Positions 63,004 through 64,000 of a stretch of 64,000 nt of DNA are shown here, one piece after another. Source of the stretch: Paragordius varius (lineage: Eukaryota; Animalia; Nematomorpha); contig OZ176054.1 of assembly GCA_964247055.1 (NCBI GenBank), forward strand, positions 10,230,001 to 10,294,000, in the 5' to 3' direction. The position numbers were made by a program, and so were the translations under genes. Under the pieces are notes generated by a model. That model was not told where the DNA came from. It did no database searches and was given only the letters and a program-made list of their open reading frames with translations. Each line of letters begins with the position of its first letter. Positions within the stretch are counted from its first letter, which is position 1.

Positions 63004-64000
63004 TATAGCAATCATTGGTTTAGTTTTTAACTAAAGGTAAATTTTGTTGGTGATTTTTTTTCTCAAAAAACATTTTGCCGAAAATTAAGATTGGGTGATA
63101 CTTAGCATAATTCCCTTAGACTTGTGTTATTGTATTTAGTAAATACAGCTAAAACCGATATTATTAGCTATAGAGGTATTTATTTAAAGAATAATAATGT
63201 TTTTTAAGCACAAATATCGAAAAGAGTAGCATAGCGAGCTATTGCGGCGCCCGGTGATACTGACTTTATCTTTCAGTTAATTTTGTCAAAAAAATAAACA
63301 ACTTGAGTTAAAGTATAAAAAAAATATTATTTCAGCAAAAATAATGACGCACGGGGCATAAGTATACCCCTTCATCCCACAACCTGGCGAAAAAATATAA
63401 TTTACATAAAAAGCATTTCTCACTAACTCACTGTATCGTCAACCTCTTAATAAATATTTGTTATACATATACACTTCTAAAATTGAGGGTAAAAAAATCT
63501 GATGAAATATATATATTGATAGAAAAATATAATTCAGGATTATCATTATGCTTTTAGTTTTGGCTCTTACGAGTGATATACGAAAGTTTGCACTTATGTC
63601 GTAAGTGATTCTTTATATTACAAAATGGCAAATTTAGATCATTTTGTTAAATAAATTTTGTTGAAAGTTAAATGCTTCATTTCAACAAAATCATTAAATA
63701 TATAAATCATATATAAAAAGTAAAACAAAATTTTATAGAATATGTTTAAGGTGTAAGCCCCTTACCCAATTTTTTTGCTTTCCTATGGGTAGTAGTCCTA
63801 TAAAAAATTTAATTTTTAGCAAAATATTGAAAGCGTACTTTATACTAGCGGCATGATAAAATCGTTATACAAATGTTATAAGATAATATAAAAAAAGTTT
63901 TCATATAATTCGATAATGCTAAACATTTCTATCACATCAGTATTTAAATTATAATATTTATTCATCTTTAAATTTATGTTAAATATAAAATATCATTTAT

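Noticed and set aside
1201-63960. Remaining 60-95-aa F/I/K/N-rich ORFs in the track
   Set aside because: Composition is typical of random AT-rich DNA, most lie in TEs or introns, and none has a recognisable motif.

Overview
Very AT-rich eukaryotic, probably metazoan, genomic DNA with GT-AG introns; no rRNA, tRNA or CRISPR seen. The ORF track is mostly artefact. Reading splice sites by hand reveals three paralogous multi-exon genes for an apparently uncharacterised secreted protein: gene 1 on minus (ATG 19533, runs off the left edge), gene 2 on plus (33494 to about 53023, apparently complete) and gene 3 on plus (ATG 55990, runs off the right edge). Their exons match one to one. After the signal-peptide exon, the next 25 exons of gene 2 are all symmetric phase 1-1 and many are micro-exons (9-48 nt). 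Several introns are only 23-27 nt while others are multi-kb and packed with transposons. Predicted architecture: signal peptide, two FN3-like modules, RxKR furin-type site, acidic/disordered micro-exon region, basic NLS-like region, Gly-rich hydrophobic segment, FN3-like module(s). The rest is a dense, nested mobilome: an RTE/BovB-like LINE with an inverted 5' part, a Mos1-like mariner relic, a piggyBac relic plus its MITE, hAT MITEs, a Helitron, large foldback elements, three MITE families sharing TACCATTT termini and 21-bp subterminal repeats, and an 82-bp higher-order satellite that resembles those repeats. All homology calls are from motif recognition by eye, not database searches.
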